Positions 24,589 through 36,881 of a DNA stretch of 64,000 nt are shown here, in pieces. Source of the DNA: Tannerellaceae bacterium (GTDB lineage Bacteria; Bacteroidota; Bacteroidia; Bacteroidales; CAMTPD01); contig JBOFPV010000052.1 of the NCBI GenBank assembly GCA_051660585.1, forward strand, positions 80,331 to 144,330. The letters are read 5' to 3'. The notes below the pieces were generated by a model. It made no database searches. It was not told the DNA's origin and saw nothing but the letters and a program-made list of their open reading frames with translations. Every line of letters starts with the position of its first letter. Positions within the stretch are counted from its first letter, which is position 1. The position numbers and the translations under genes are program-made.

Positions 24589-24607
24589 TTTTGTAAAACA
24601 CTGAGTA

Positions 24608-24928
24608 ATGAGCAAATTACATATTAAAAAAGGCGACATGGTATTTGTTAATACTGGCGTTGATAAAGGCAAAACTGGACGTGTACTTGAAGTGCTAGTT
24701 GGAGCAAATCGCGCTGTTGTTGAAGGTATTAACATGGTGTCTAAGCACACGAAGCCTAATGCGAAGAATCCTCAAGGAGGCATCGAGAAGAAAGAGGCTC
24801 CTATTCATATTTCAAACCTTAACGTAGTAGATCCTAAAACTGGAAAACCTACACGTGTTGGTCGTAAGTCAAATGAGAATGGCGATCTAGTTCGCTTTTC
24901 TAAAAAATCAGGGGAGGAGATTAAGTAA
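24608..24928 (+). CDS. rplX: 50S ribosomal protein L24
   Basis: KOW motif [21 protein letters not shown]; operon position. Confidence 0.95.
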   Translation: MSKLHIKKGDMVFVNTGVDKGKTGRVLEVLVGANRAVVEGINMVSKHTKPNAKNPQGGIEKKEAPIHISNLNVVDPKTGKPTRVGRKSNENGDLVRFSKKSGEEIK

Positions 24929-25485
24929 TGAGCAATACTGCCAGCCTTAAGAAAGATTATCAAGAGAGGATCGTTCCTGCCTTGATGAAGGAGTTTGGTT
25001 ATAAATCAGTAATGCAAGTACCTGTACTAAAAAAGATTGTTATCAATCAAGGTTTGGGTATGGCTGTAGCTGATAAAAAAATCATTGAAGTCGCTATCAA
25101 CGAGTTGACAGCAATTACTGGTCAGAAAGCTGTTGCAACACTATCTCGTAAAGATATTTCGAACTTCAAGTTGCGTAAAAAAATGCCTATCGGTGTTATG
25201 GTAACATTGCGTCGTGAGCAAATGTACGAGTTCCTAGAAAGACTTGTTCGCGTTGCTCTTCCACGTATCCGTGACTTCAAAGGTATCAATAGCAAGCTTG
25301 ATGGTAGAGGTAACTATACATTAGGTGTTGACGAGCAAATTATTTTCCCAGAAATTAATATCGATTCGATTACTAAAATATTGGGAATGAATATTACCTT
25401 TGTAACTTCTGCTCAAACAGATGAAGAAGGTTATGCTCTATTGAGAGAATTTGGTTTGCCTTTTAAAAATGCTAAAAAAGACTAA
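24928..25485 (+). CDS. rplE: 50S ribosomal protein L5
   Basis: 185 aa; conserved L5 sequence ([17 protein letters not shown]). Confidence 0.97.
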   Translation: MSNTASLKKDYQERIVPALMKEFGYKSVMQVPVLKKIVINQGLGMAVADKKIIEVAINELTAITGQKAVATLSRKDISNFKLRKKMPIGVMVTLRREQMYEFLERLVRVALPRIRDFKGINSKLDGRGNYTLGVDEQIIFPEINIDSITKILGMNITFVTSAQTDEEGYALLREFGLPFKNAKKD

Positions 25486-25490
25486 GTAAG

Positions 25491-25760
25491 ATGGCAAAAG
25501 AATCAATGAAGGCTCGCGAGGTAAAAAGAGCTAAACTTGTTGCTAAATATGCTGATAAAAGAGCTCAGCTTATCGCTGAAGGTAACTATGAGGCATTGCA
25601 ACTTTTACCTAAAAATGCATCACCAGTTCGTTTGCATAACCGTTGTAAGATGACTGGCCGTCCAAAAGGATATATCCGTCAATTTGGAGTTTCACGTATT
25701 CAATTCCGTGAAATGGCTTCAGCAGGTCTTATTCCTGGTGTAAAGAAAGCAAGTTGGTAA
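25491..25760 (+). CDS. rpsN: 30S ribosomal protein S14 (long, Cys-poor form)
   Basis: 89 aa, [13 protein letters not shown]...PGVKKASW. Only one Cys, so this is the non-zinc form. Confidence 0.95.
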   Translation: MAKESMKAREVKRAKLVAKYADKRAQLIAEGNYEALQLLPKNASPVRLHNRCKMTGRPKGYIRQFGVSRIQFREMASAGLIPGVKKASW

Positions 25761-25811
25761 TTTAGTATTAAATATTGTCCGGATAACCGGATCAATTTAA
25801 GATTTAATTTT

Positions 25812-26207
25812 ATGACAGATCCTATTGCAGATTATTTGACCCGTTTGAGGAACGCAATTAAAGCTAAACACAGAGTTGTTGAAGTTCCTGCGTCAAATTT
25901 AAAGAAAGAGATCACTAAGATCCTTTTCGAAAAAGGCTACATTCTTAACTATAAGTTTGTAGAAGAAGGTCCTCAAGGAACTATTAAGATTGCCTTGAAG
26001 TACGATCCAGTACACAAAGTAAACGCGATCAAGAAACTTGCAAGAGTTTCTACTCCAGGTTTGCGTAAGTATACTGGTTACAAAGATATGCCTAGAGTAT
26101 TAAATGGATTGGGTATCGCAGTTCTTTCTACTTCTAAAGGTGTTATGACCGATAAGGAAGCTAGCCAATTGAAAATTGGTGGTGAAGTATTGTGTTATGT
26201 ATATTAA
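25812..26207 (+). CDS. rpsH: 30S ribosomal protein S8
   Basis: MTDPIADYLTRLRNA... Confidence 0.97.
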   Translation: MTDPIADYLTRLRNAIKAKHRVVEVPASNLKKEITKILFEKGYILNYKFVEEGPQGTIKIALKYDPVHKVNAIKKLARVSTPGLRKYTGYKDMPRVLNGLGIAVLSTSKGVMTDKEASQLKIGGEVLCYVY

Positions 26208-26225
26208 TATTAGGAGGAAAGAATT

Positions 26226-26777
26226 ATGTCAAGAATAGGTAAATTGCCAATCCAAATTCCAGCTGGTGTTACTGTAACATTGAATGAAAATGTTGTAACA
26301 GTAAAAGGTCCTAAAGGCGAACTTTCTCAAGAGATCAATCCTGATATTACAGTTTCGATCGAAGACGGAGTTGTTACGTTGACAAGACCTTCTGATGAGA
26401 AAACTCATCGTGCATTGCATGGTTTGTATCGTGCGCTTATCAATAACATGGTAGTTGGTGTTTCTCAAGGTTACCGCAAAGAACTAGAACTTGTTGGTGT
26501 AGGTTATCGTGCATCTAACAATGGTCAGATTTTGGAACTTTCACTAGGTTTCTCACACAATATCTATGTTCAGTTGCCTTCTGAGATCAAACTTGAAACT
26601 AAATCTGAAAGAAATAAGAATCCTCTTATCATTCTTGAATCAGCTGACAAGCAGTTGATCGGTCAGGTTTGTGCGAAAATCCGTTCGTTCCGTAAACCAG
26701 AGCCATATAAAGGTAAAGGTATTCGCTTCGTAGGTGAAGAAGTTCGCAGAAAGTCAGGTAAGTCAGCAGGTAAGTAA
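26226..26777 (+). CDS. rplF: 50S ribosomal protein L6
   Basis: MSRIGKLPI.IP.GV.V; 183 aa. Confidence 0.97.
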   Translation: MSRIGKLPIQIPAGVTVTLNENVVTVKGPKGELSQEINPDITVSIEDGVVTLTRPSDEKTHRALHGLYRALINNMVVGVSQGYRKELELVGVGYRASNNGQILELSLGFSHNIYVQLPSEIKLETKSERNKNPLIILESADKQLIGQVCAKIRSFRKPEPYKGKGIRFVGEEVRRKSGKSAGK

Positions 26778-26798
26778 TCTAAGTAAACAGAAATTATC

Positions 26799-27143
26799 AT
26801 GACAACTAAGGAACTAAGAAGACTTAAGATAAAATATCGTGTACGTAATAAAATTTCAGGTACAACTGAGCGTCCACGTTTGAGTGTGTTTAGAAGCAAT
26901 AAGCAAATCTATGCACAAGTGATTGATGATCTTACAGGTAAAACTCTAGCTTCTGCATCTTCTTTGAAAATTGAAGGTAAAGCTACTAAAACAGAGGTTG
27001 CCGCTATGGTAGGTGAGATGATCGCTAAGAATGCTCTTGAAGCAGGAATCCAAACTGTTGTTTTCGACAGAAATGGATATCTTTACCATGGTAGAGTAAA
27101 ACAATTGGCTGAAGCCGCACGTAATGGTGGACTTAAATTTTAA
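26799..27143 (+). CDS. rplR: 50S ribosomal protein L18
   Basis: 114 aa; [33 protein letters not shown]. Confidence 0.97.
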   Translation: MTTKELRRLKIKYRVRNKISGTTERPRLSVFRSNKQIYAQVIDDLTGKTLASASSLKIEGKATKTEVAAMVGEMIAKNALEAGIQTVVFDRNGYLYHGRVKQLAEAARNGGLKF

Positions 27144-27667
27144 TGAAGATGGCAGGAATTAATAATAGAGTTAAATCGACTAACGACCTAGAGTTGAAAG
27201 ACAGATTGGTAGCGATCAACCGTGTTACTAAAGTAACAAAAGGTGGACGTACTTTCAGCTTTGCTGCTATTGTAGTAGTAGGTAACGAAGACGGTATTGT
27301 AGGTTGGGGTCTTGGTAAAGCAAGCGAGGTAACTACAGCTATTGCTAAAGGTGTAGAAGCTGCTAAAAAGAACCTAATTAAAGTTCCAGTTCACAAAGGA
27401 ACTATTCCTCACGAACAACTTGCAAAGTTTGGTGGTGCTAACGTATTCATCAAACCTGCATCACACGGTACTGGGGTTAAAGCTGGTGGTGCGATGCGTG
27501 CAGTACTTGAGAGTGTTGGTGTTACAGACGTTTTGGCTAAGTCAAAAGGTTCATCAAACCCACACAACTTGGTAAAAGCAACAATTGCAGCTCTTGGTGA
27601 ACTACGTGATCCATTCACAGTAGCACAAAATAGAGGTGTATCTGTAGAACGAGTGTTTAAAGGTTAA
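27143..27667 (+). CDS. rpsE: 30S ribosomal protein S5
   Basis: [26 protein letters not shown]. The start could instead be ATG 27149. Confidence 0.95.
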   Translation: MKMAGINNRVKSTNDLELKDRLVAINRVTKVTKGGRTFSFAAIVVVGNEDGIVGWGLGKASEVTTAIAKGVEAAKKNLIKVPVHKGTIPHEQLAKFGGANVFIKPASHGTGVKAGGAMRAVLESVGVTDVLAKSKGSSNPHNLVKATIAALGELRDPFTVAQNRGVSVERVFKG

Positions 27668-27683
27668 TTTAGGAGGAATAACT

Positions 27684-27860
27684 ATGGCAACTATTAAAGT
27701 TAAGCAAGTTAAAAGTAGAATTAAATGTCCAGTTGACCAAAAAAGAACACTTGACGCACTTGGCCTAAGAAAAATGAACCGTGTTGTAGAACACGAAGCT
27801 ACTCCAGCTATCTTAGGTATGATTGCTAAAGTGAAACACTTGGTTTCTGTAGAGAAGTAA
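27684..27860 (+). CDS. rpmD: 50S ribosomal protein L30 (58 aa; below ORF-track cutoff)
   Basis: Hand translation gives MATIKVKQVKSRIKCPVDQKRTLDALGLRKMNRVVEHEATPAILGMIAKVKHLVSVEK. AGGAGG lies upstream, and the gene fills the rpsE-rplO gap exactly where rpmD belongs. Confidence 0.9.
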   Translation: MATIKVKQVKSRIKCPVDQKRTLDALGLRKMNRVVEHEATPAILGMIAKVKHLVSVEK

Positions 27861-27889
27861 TTAATTGTTGAAAAAATAAAGCATACGAT

Positions 27890-28336
27890 ATGAATTTATC
27901 TAATTTAAAGCCTGCTGCAGGTTCTACTAAAACTAGAAAAAGAATTGGACGTGGTACTGGTTCTGGTTTAGGTGGTACTTCAACTAGAGGTCATAAGGGT
28001 GCTAAATCTAGATCAGGTTATTCAAAGAAGATCGGATTCGAAGGTGGACAGATGCCTATTCAAAGACGTTTGCCTAAATTCGGTTTCAAGAATATCAACC
28101 GAGTTGAGTATAAAGCAATCAATCTTGATACTCTTCAAGCCTTGGTAGAAGCTAAAAATCTTGCTGCTGTAGGTCGTGAAGAACTAATCAATGCAGGTTT
28201 TATCTCATCTAACCAATTGGTTAAAATTCTAGGTAACGGAACACTTACTGCAAAAGTTGATGTTTCTGCAAATGCATTCTCAAAATCTGCAGAAGCAGCT
28301 ATTGTAGCAGCAGGAGGCTCGGTAGTAAAACTCTAA
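27890..28336 (+). CDS. rplO: 50S ribosomal protein L15
   Basis: MNLSNLKPA.GS...RKR.GRG.GSG.G.T..RGHKG. Confidence 0.97.
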   Translation: MNLSNLKPAAGSTKTRKRIGRGTGSGLGGTSTRGHKGAKSRSGYSKKIGFEGGQMPIQRRLPKFGFKNINRVEYKAINLDTLQALVEAKNLAAVGREELINAGFISSNQLVKILGNGTLTAKVDVSANAFSKSAEAAIVAAGGSVVKL

Positions 28337-28340
28337 ATCC

Positions 28341-29681
28341 ATGAGAGCAATTGAAACTATTAAAAATATTTGGAAGATTGAGGATCTGAGAAGTCGGATC
28401 CTCACTACTCTATTTCTCGTTGCACTTTATCGCTTCGGGACTTATGTAGTTCTTCCCGGTATTGATCCAAAAGCTTTAACAGCTTTACAAGCGCAAACGC
28501 AAGGAGGCCTATTGGCTTTGTTTGATATGTTTTCGGGAGGTGCATTTTCGAATGCATCTATCTTCGCATTAGGTATCATGCCATACATCTCGGCTTCCAT
28601 CGTTATGCAGTTGCTAGCCATTGCGGTTCCATCTTTCCAGAAACTACAACGAGAAGGAGAGAGCGGTCGCAGAAAAATCAATCAGTGGACTCGCTACTTA
28701 ACTGTTGCGATTCTATTTGTTCAAGGACCTACCTATCTACTTAATTTGGCTGGCCAAATGAGAGCAGTCGGAGCTACTATTCCTCAAGGAATTTGGTACT
28801 CTGTATTTGCAACTATTGTAATGGCAGCCGGAAGTATGTTTGTATTGTGGCTTGGAGAAAGAATCACAGATAAAGGTATCGGCAACGGTATCTCATTCAT
28901 AATCCTTGTTGGTATTATCGCTAGACTTCCACATTCATTAATTCAAGAGTTTGTTTCTCGTGTTAGTGAAAATGCTGGTGGTTTGGTAATGCTTATCTTT
29001 GAAATGGTATTCTTATTGTTCGTTGTTGCAGGAGCAATTCTGCTAGTACAAGGAACACGCAAAGTGCCGGTTCAATATGCAAAACAAATTGTTGGCAGTA
29101 AGCAATATGGTGGTGCCAGACAATACATTCCTCTTAAAGTTAATGCAGCCAATGTAATGCCTATCATCTTTGCACAGGCAATCATGTTTATTCCTTTAAC
29201 AATTTCTAGCTTTGGGAATTCACAAGGAACCAGTGCTTTTTGGTCTGCATTTATGGATAATACAGGATTTTGGTATAACTTTGTATTCGCATTATTGATT
29301 ATACTTTTTACGTACTTCTATACAGCGATTACTATCAATCCAGCCCAAATGGCTGATGATTTGAAGAGAAACAATGGTTTCATCCCTGGTATTAAACCAG
29401 GAAAACCAACGAAAGATTTCTTAGATGGAGTAATGGATCGCATTACACTTCCAGGAGCTTTCTTCCTAGCTTTAGTTGCAATTATGCCGGCATTTGCCCG
29501 TCTTGCAGGAGTAAGTATGGAATTCTCTCAATTCTTTGGTGGTACTTCTTTATTGATCTTAGTTGGTGTTGTGCTTGACACACTTCAACAGGTAGAAAGT
29601 CATCTTTTAATGCGCCACTATGATGGTCTATTAAAATCAGGTAGAATTAAAGGACGTACAGGCTCAGCAGCCTCATACTAA
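28341..29681 (+). CDS. secY: Preprotein translocase subunit SecY
   Basis: 446 aa with about 10 TM segments and conserved FALGIMPYISASI; spc-operon position. Confidence 0.97.
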   Translation: MRAIETIKNIWKIEDLRSRILTTLFLVALYRFGTYVVLPGIDPKALTALQAQTQGGLLALFDMFSGGAFSNASIFALGIMPYISASIVMQLLAIAVPSFQKLQREGESGRRKINQWTRYLTVAILFVQGPTYLLNLAGQMRAVGATIPQGIWYSVFATIVMAAGSMFVLWLGERITDKGIGNGISFIILVGIIARLPHSLIQEFVSRVSENAGGLVMLIFEMVFLLFVVAGAILLVQGTRKVPVQYAKQIVGSKQYGGARQYIPLKVNAANVMPIIFAQAIMFIPLTISSFGNSQGTSAFWSAFMDNTGFWYNFVFALLIILFTYFYTAITINPAQMADDLKRNNGFIPGIKPGKPTKDFLDGVMDRITLPGAFFLALVAIMPAFARLAGVSMEFSQFFGGTSLLILVGVVLDTLQQVESHLLMRHYDGLLKSGRIKGRTGSAASY

Positions 29682-29685
29682 TATA

Positions 29686-30471
29686 ATGATATATCTAAAG
29701 ACAGATGAAGAAATCGAGTTGATGCGTATGGCCAACCAATTGGTTGGACGCACATTGGCAGAAGTTGCAAAACACGTACAGCCAGGTGTTACTACGCTTC
29801 AACTTGATCATATTGCAGAACAGTTTATTCGTGATAATGGTGCGATCCCAGCTTTTTTGGGATATGGTGGTTTTCCAAACTCTATTTGTGCATCAGTCAA
29901 CGAACACGTTGTACATGGAATTCCAAGTGCAGCAACAGTGTTAAAAGATGGAGATGTAATCTCTGTTGATTGTGGAGTAATTTTAAATGGTTTCTGTGGA
30001 GATTCCGCTTATACTTTTTGTGTAGGAGAAGTTGATTCGGCGATCAGAAATTTGCTAAAAACTACGAAGGAGTCTTTGTACTTAGGTATTGAGGCCGCGG
30101 TTGAAGGGAAACGTGTTGGTGATATCGGTAATGCCATCCAAACATATTGTGAGAAGCATGGATATTCAGTAGTACGCGAACTTGTAGGTCACGGTATTGG
30201 TAGAAATCTTCATGAAGAGCCTGAAGTGCCAAATTATGGCAAGAAGGGCTACGGTCCGCTATTGCGAAATGGAATGTGTATTGCGATTGAGCCTATGATT
30301 AACATGGGAAGTAAGAATGTCGCATTTGAGAAAGATGGTTGGACCGTGCGAACGAAAGATCGTAAAGTATCTGCTCACTTTGAGCATACGATTGCGATTC
30401 GTCCCGGTAAAGCAGAAATTCTTTCTTCATTTGATTATTTAGAAGAAGTATTAGGAACAAACGCAATTTAA
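29686..30471 (+). CDS. map: Type I methionine aminopeptidase
   Basis: Metal-ligand context VDCG..GDSA.TF, GHGIG...HE.P and IEPM. Confidence 0.95.
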   Translation: MIYLKTDEEIELMRMANQLVGRTLAEVAKHVQPGVTTLQLDHIAEQFIRDNGAIPAFLGYGGFPNSICASVNEHVVHGIPSAATVLKDGDVISVDCGVILNGFCGDSAYTFCVGEVDSAIRNLLKTTKESLYLGIEAAVEGKRVGDIGNAIQTYCEKHGYSVVRELVGHGIGRNLHEEPEVPNYGKKGYGPLLRNGMCIAIEPMINMGSKNVAFEKDGWTVRTKDRKVSAHFEHTIAIRPGKAEILSSFDYLEEVLGTNAI

Positions 30472-30482
30472 TTTAGATAGAT

Positions 30483-30701
30483 ATGGCCAAACAGGCAGCA
30501 ATTGAACAAGATGGTGTTATCGTAGAGGCATTATCGAATGCTATGTTTAGAGTTGAGTTGGAAAACGGACACGAAATTACAGCTCACATCTCAGGAAAGA
30601 TGAGAATGCACTACATTAAGATTCTTCCAGGAGATAGAGTTAGAGTAGAAATGTCACCTTACGACTTGACGAAAGGTAGAATTGCTTTTAGATATAAATA
30701 A
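30483..30701 (+). CDS. infA: Translation initiation factor IF-1
   Basis: 72 aa; [46 protein letters not shown]. Confidence 0.97.
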   Translation: MAKQAAIEQDGVIVEALSNAMFRVELENGHEITAHISGKMRMHYIKILPGDRVRVEMSPYDLTKGRIAFRYK

Positions 30702-30714
30702 AAAACAACTAGAT

Positions 30715-30831
30715 ATGAAAGTAAGAGCATCTTTGAAGAAGCGTACCGATGATTGCAAGATTGTTAGAAGAAAGGGTCGCTTGTATATAATTAACAAGAA
30801 AAATCCTAAGTATAAACAACGTCAGGGATAA
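30715..30831 (+). CDS. rpmJ: 50S ribosomal protein L36 (38 aa; below ORF-track cutoff; Cys-poor form)
   Basis: Hand translation gives [38 protein letters not shown]. Canonical position between infA and rpsM. Confidence 0.9.
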   Translation: MKVRASLKKRTDDCKIVRRKGRLYIINKKNPKYKQRQG

Positions 30832-30865
30832 ATTATTATTTTTGCAAAACATTTGAGTTAGTAAT

Positions 30866-31246
30866 ATGGCTATAAGAATAGTTGGTGTAGACTTGCCACA
30901 AAATAAGAGAGGCGAAATAGCTTTGACTTATATCTACGGTATTGGCCGTAGTAGAGCAAATACTATTTTGGAGAAAGCTGGTATCAACCGCGATATTAAG
31001 GTTAAAGATTGGACAGATGATCAAGCTGCTGCAGTTCGTGATATCATCGGTGCAGAATTTAAAGTAGAAGGTGATCTTCGTTCAGAGATCCAGCTTAACA
31101 TTAAGCGCTTGATGGACATCGGTTGTTACCGTGGTATCCGTCACCGTATTGGTTTGCCTTTGAGAGGTCAGAGCACGAAAAACAATGCTCGTACTCGTAA
31201 GGGTAAAAAGAAAACAGTTGCTAATAAGAAAAAAGCTACTAAATAA
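30866..31246 (+). CDS. rpsM: 30S ribosomal protein S13
   Basis: [12 protein letters not shown]....LTYIYGIG. Confidence 0.97.
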   Translation: MAIRIVGVDLPQNKRGEIALTYIYGIGRSRANTILEKAGINRDIKVKDWTDDQAAAVRDIIGAEFKVEGDLRSEIQLNIKRLMDIGCYRGIRHRIGLPLRGQSTKNNARTRKGKKKTVANKKKATK

Positions 31247-31257
31247 TAAGAGTTGAT

Positions 31258-31647
31258 ATGGCAAAAAAAACAGTCGCAACAAAGAAGAGAAATGTAAAAG
31301 TTGATGCTATTGGTCAAGCTCACATCCATTCTTCTTTCAATAACATCATTATCTCTCTTGCAAACAGTGAAGGTCAAGTAATTAGCTGGTCTTCTGCTGG
31401 TAAGATGGGATTCAGAAGTTCTAAAAAGAACACTCCTTATGCTGCACAAATGGCAGCTCAAGATTGTGCAAAGGTTGCTTTTGACCTTGGCTTGAGAAAA
31501 GTAAAGGTGTATGTAAAAGGACCAGGAAACGGTCGTGAATCTGCAATCAGAACTATCCACGGTGCTGGCATCGAGGTAATGGAAATTGTAGACGTAACTC
31601 CACTTCCACACAACGGTTGTCGTCCTCCTAAGAAAAGACGAGTATAA
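31258..31647 (+). CDS. rpsK: 30S ribosomal protein S11
   Basis: G.AHI..SFNN.II...D..G.V..W.SAG..GF.GS.K.TP.AA. Confidence 0.97.
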   Translation: MAKKTVATKKRNVKVDAIGQAHIHSSFNNIIISLANSEGQVISWSSAGKMGFRSSKKNTPYAAQMAAQDCAKVAFDLGLRKVKVYVKGPGNGRESAIRTIHGAGIEVMEIVDVTPLPHNGCRPPKKRRV

Positions 31648-31768
31648 TAATTACAACAATTACTTGATTATTGAAACTAGGGTTGTGAATTGATTGCACA
31701 TATAATCCTCTCTGTAATCGCGGCTGCACGAATCCTGGTTCAGATAGACAAATTAAACTGATAGAAAA

Positions 31769-32374
31769 ATGGCAAGATATACTGGACCAAAAACAAGAAT
31801 TGCTCGTAAATTTGGTGAGCCTATTTTCGGTGCTGATAAAGTTCTTTCTAAGAAGAACTATCCTCCGGGACAACACGGGAACGCTAGAAAGAGAAAAACT
31901 TCTGAGTATGGTATTCAACTTCGTGAGAAGCAAAAAGCGAAATACACATACGGTGTTTTGGAAAAACAATTTAGAAACCTTTTCGAAAAGGCTTCTCGTA
32001 CTAAAGGTATTACTGGTGAGGTACTTCTTCAATTCCTTGAAGCTCGTTTGGACAACGTAGTTTACCGTTTAGGTATTGCTCCTACAAGAGCAGCTGCGCG
32101 CCAATTGGTGTCTCACAAACACATTACTGTTGACGGTAAAGTGGTAAACATTCCTTCTTTCTCTGTAAAACCAGGACAAATTGTTGCTGTTAGAGAAAGA
32201 TCTAAGTCTTTGGAAGTAATTGCTGACGCTTTGTCTGGATTTAATCACAGCAAGTATCCTTGGATTGAATGGGATCAAGCAATTTCAGGTGGTAAATTCC
32301 TTCACTTGCCAGAAAGAGCAGATATTCCAGAAAACATTAAAGAACAGTTGATCGTAGAATTGTATTCTAAATAA
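31769..32374 (+). CDS. rpsD: 30S ribosomal protein S4
   Basis: [15 protein letters not shown]; S4 RNA-binding domain [21 protein letters not shown]. Confidence 0.97.
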   Translation: MARYTGPKTRIARKFGEPIFGADKVLSKKNYPPGQHGNARKRKTSEYGIQLREKQKAKYTYGVLEKQFRNLFEKASRTKGITGEVLLQFLEARLDNVVYRLGIAPTRAAARQLVSHKHITVDGKVVNIPSFSVKPGQIVAVRERSKSLEVIADALSGFNHSKYPWIEWDQAISGGKFLHLPERADIPENIKEQLIVELYSK

Positions 32375-32385
32375 TAATTGATTCC

Positions 32386-33381
32386 ATGGCGATATTAGCA
32401 TTTCAAAAACCCGATAAGGTATTAATGTTGGAGGCGGACAACTTCTTCGGTAAGTTCGAGTTTCGTCCGTTGGAGCCCGGCTATGGTATTACCATTGGTA
32501 ATGCATTACGCCGTATACTCCTTTCATCACTAGAAGGTTTCGCGATTACATCAATCAAGATTGATGGAGTTGAGCATGAGTTTGCAACAATTCCTGGTGT
32601 TATCGAAGACGTAACTAACATTATCCTGAGCTTAAAACAGGTAAGATTCATCAGAACCGTTGATGATGTAGAAAGTGAGAAAGTAAGTATTACCGTTTCG
32701 GGTGCGGAAGTGTTCAAAGCCGGAGATATCAGCAAGCAACTAACCGGATTTGAAGTATTGAATCCTGAGTTGGTAATCTGTCATCTTGATCCAAACGCAA
32801 GTTTTCAAATCGAACTAACAATTAAGAAAGGACGTGGATACGTTCCTGCAGATGAAAACAGAGAATCTACTGAAGAGGATCTACACGCTGTAGCGATCGA
32901 CTCTATCTTTACTCCAATCCGTAACGTTAAATACACGATTGAAAACTATCGCGTAGAGCAAAAGACAGACTACGAAAAACTAGTTCTTGAGATTGCTACC
33001 GATGGATCAATTCATCCTAAGGAAGCTCTAAAAGAGGCTGCAAAAATTCTTATTCACCACTTCATGCTATTTTCTGACGAGAAAATTGCGATCGAGAATA
33101 CCGACGCTGATAGCAACGAAGAGTTTGACGAAGAAGTATTGCATATGCGTCAATTGCTTAAAACAAAACTTGCAGATATGGACTTGTCTGTACGTGCATT
33201 GAACTGTTTGAAAGCTGCTGACGTTGAAACTTTGGGCGAGCTAGTGAAATTCAATAAAAATGATCTATTGAAGTTCAGAAACTTCGGTAAGAAATCATTG
33301 ACTGAATTGGATGAGTTGCTTGAGAGCTTGAACCTTTCATTCGGTATGGATATCACGAAATATAAATTAGATAAAGAGTAA
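32386..33381 (+). CDS. rpoA: DNA-directed RNA polymerase subunit alpha
   Basis: 331 aa; GYG.T.GNALRR.LLSS; C-terminal domain [11 protein letters not shown]...T.GELV. Confidence 0.97.
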   Translation: MAILAFQKPDKVLMLEADNFFGKFEFRPLEPGYGITIGNALRRILLSSLEGFAITSIKIDGVEHEFATIPGVIEDVTNIILSLKQVRFIRTVDDVESEKVSITVSGAEVFKAGDISKQLTGFEVLNPELVICHLDPNASFQIELTIKKGRGYVPADENRESTEEDLHAVAIDSIFTPIRNVKYTIENYRVEQKTDYEKLVLEIATDGSIHPKEALKEAAKILIHHFMLFSDEKIAIENTDADSNEEFDEEVLHMRQLLKTKLADMDLSVRALNCLKAADVETLGELVKFNKNDLLKFRNFGKKSLTELDELLESLNLSFGMDITKYKLDKE

Positions 33382-33385
33382 AGCG

Positions 33386-33853
33386 ATGAGACATAATAAG
33401 AAATTCAACCATTTGGGTCGTACTAATACTCACCGTGCAGCTATGCTTTCTAACATGGCCTCTTCTTTGATCAAGCACAAGAGGATTTTCACTACGACTG
33501 CAAAAGCTAAAGCACTACGCGTATTTGTAGAGCCAATCATTACTAAAGCAAAAGAAGACACGACTCACTCAAGACGTCTTGTTTTCAGATCTTTGCAAGA
33601 TAAATATGCTGTTAACGAATTGTTCGCAACAGTTGCTGTTAAAGTTGCTGACCGTCCAGGTGGATACACACGTATCATCAAAACTGGTAACCGTCTAGGT
33701 GACAACGCTGCAATGTGTTTCATCGAACTAGTTGACTTCAACGAAAACATGTTGAAAACTTCTGCACCTAAAAAAGCAACTAGAACACGTCGTTCTAAGA
33801 AAAAAGAAGCGGCTCCAGCTGCTGAAGTTGCTGCAGAAGCTTCTGCTGAATAA
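33386..33853 (+). CDS. rplQ: 50S ribosomal protein L17
   Basis: [32 protein letters not shown]; Ala/Glu-rich tail. Confidence 0.97.
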   Translation: MRHNKKFNHLGRTNTHRAAMLSNMASSLIKHKRIFTTTAKAKALRVFVEPIITKAKEDTTHSRRLVFRSLQDKYAVNELFATVAVKVADRPGGYTRIIKTGNRLGDNAAMCFIELVDFNENMLKTSAPKKATRTRRSKKKEAAPAAEVAAEASAE

Positions 33854-33879
33854 GATTTATCCCATATCTTATAAAGTCA

Positions 33880-33915
33880 AAAGGCCGTCTCTTAGAGATG
33901 GCCTTTTCTTTTTTA
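33880..33915 (+). terminator. Rho-independent terminator ending the ribosomal super-operon
   Basis: 10-bp stem AAGGCCGTCT / AGATGGCCTT (one G.U pair), loop CTTAG, then TTCTTTTTT. Confidence 0.85.
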
Positions 33916-34144
33916 CTTTGGCCTTCATCACGATCATCGATCAAGATATCTGTAACCGATCCCATTATATTTCGTACAGTTCATTCGCGCATCTTTCGAT
34001 GTCTACACTTCCTGTCTATCCCTTGTGTTCATTGCATAAATGTTTGAGCTAGCTTTCGCACCTCCGATGTCGATATACCGTTTCTCATTTTAGTTTTATT
34101 CGATGTTATCTTTTCTATAGGTCCTTTCAATGGTGCGATAGTAA

Positions 34145-35542
<1,398 letters not shown>

Positions 35543-35575
35543 TAACTTGTTAATAGTATAATTTACATTCATACA

Positions 35576-35610
35576 AAAGGCTGGGACGATTATCGTTTCG
35601 GCCTTTTCAA
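35576..35610 (+). terminator. Probable terminator after eno
   Basis: Hairpin GGCTGGGACGA / TCGTTTCGGCC (includes G.U pairs) flanked by A-run and T-run. Confidence 0.6.
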
Positions 35611-35718
35611 TTCTTATCCGCAACCAAAACCAACCTCGATTGTTTCAATTGTACATGAATCTTTCATTTATTCGTTATGATATAAACATTAACAACAAGA
35701 AACAAACACAATTGTAAG

Positions 35719-36849
35719 ATGGATGCACTTGGTCTATCCTCGATATTCGAGGGCGCGTTTTCGATAACCTTCGGTCAGGTCGGAATGATAATTATTGGAT
35801 GTGTATTGATCTATCTGGCCATTCGTAAGCAATACGAACCCACACTTCTTTTGCCCATTGGCTTTGGAACCATCCTTGCCAACATTCCGTTCTCATCTGC
35901 CATCGGTGTAGATGGCGCATTGACTACATTATTCAACTTCGGTATCATGACCGAACTGTTTCCGTTGCTCATCTTCATTGCAGTTGGAGCCATGATCGAC
36001 TTCTCGCCGTTGTTTAAAAATCCATTCTTATTGTTGTTTGGAGCCGCCGCCCAATTTGGGATCTTCTTTACCATGTCGGCCGCCACCCTTATGGGCTTCG
36101 ACCTCAAAGAAGCAGCCTCGATCGGAATTATCGGTGCCGCTGACGGACCAACCTCCATATACGTAGCCTCCCGATTTGCAGAGAATCTACTCGGTCCCAT
36201 TTCGGTGGCCGCCTATTCCTACATGGCCTTGGTACCCATCATTCAGCCACCGGTAATCAAAGCACTCACCACAAAAGCCGAACGACAAATCCGTATGGAA
36301 GGAAGTCCGAAAGTAATATCCAAAACCAGTCTGATCTTGTTTCCAATCCTGGTAACCATCGTTGCCGGTATCATGGCACCATCGTCAGTAGCATTGATCG
36401 GATTCTTGATGTTCGGAAACCTGGTACGCGAATGCGGCGTGTTGAACAAACTATCCTTGGCCGCGCAAAATGAGCTATCCTCCATTGTGAGTTTGCTACT
36501 TGGTATCACCATTGCAAGCACAATGACCGCCGATAAATTCCTATCCGTATCTACGTTGATGATTATATCGTTGGGGCTTGTCGCTTTTATCTTCGACACA
36601 GCCGGAGGCGTATTGTTTGCCAAATTGCTAAACATCTTCTTGCCATCCCATCTCAAAGTGAATCCGATGGTCGGAGCAGCCGGTATTTCGGCCTTCCCGA
36701 TGTCGGCTCGCGTTATCCACAAGATGGGTCAGGAAGCCGATCCTACCAACTATCTGCTCATGCACGCCGTGAGTGCGAACGTTGCCGGTCAGATTGGTTC
36801 GGTTATTGCCGGAGGATTTATCCTTTCGCTCATTCCGTTGTTTTCATAA
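35719..36849 (+). CDS. Sodium ion-translocating decarboxylase beta subunit (OadB/MmdB/GcdB family)
   Basis: 376 aa polytopic membrane protein. N-terminus ..GMIIIGCVLIYLAIRKQYEPTLLLPIGFGTILANIP and GIIGAADGPTSIY are typical of the family. Confidence 0.85.
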   Translation: MDALGLSSIFEGAFSITFGQVGMIIIGCVLIYLAIRKQYEPTLLLPIGFGTILANIPFSSAIGVDGALTTLFNFGIMTELFPLLIFIAVGAMIDFSPLFKNPFLLLFGAAAQFGIFFTMSAATLMGFDLKEAASIGIIGAADGPTSIYVASRFAENLLGPISVAAYSYMALVPIIQPPVIKALTTKAERQIRMEGSPKVISKTSLILFPILVTIVAGIMAPSSVALIGFLMFGNLVRECGVLNKLSLAAQNELSSIVSLLLGITIASTMTADKFLSVSTLMIISLGLVAFIFDTAGGVLFAKLLNIFLPSHLKVNPMVGAAGISAFPMSARVIHKMGQEADPTNYLLMHAVSANVAGQIGSVIAGGFILSLIPLFS

Positions 36850-36881
36850 TAACTATCCTTTCAAATTAAATACATGGTGAA

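Noticed and set aside
33828-34052. 74-aa plus-strand ORF running through the rplQ stop and terminator
   Set aside because: It overlaps the rplQ 3' end and reads straight through a strong terminator hairpin. No coding-like features.
35811-36722. Minus-strand ORFs of 129 aa and 159 aa inside oadB
   Set aside because: They are antisense to a well-supported membrane-protein gene. Their products are Ala/Pro/Asn-rich translations without motifs.
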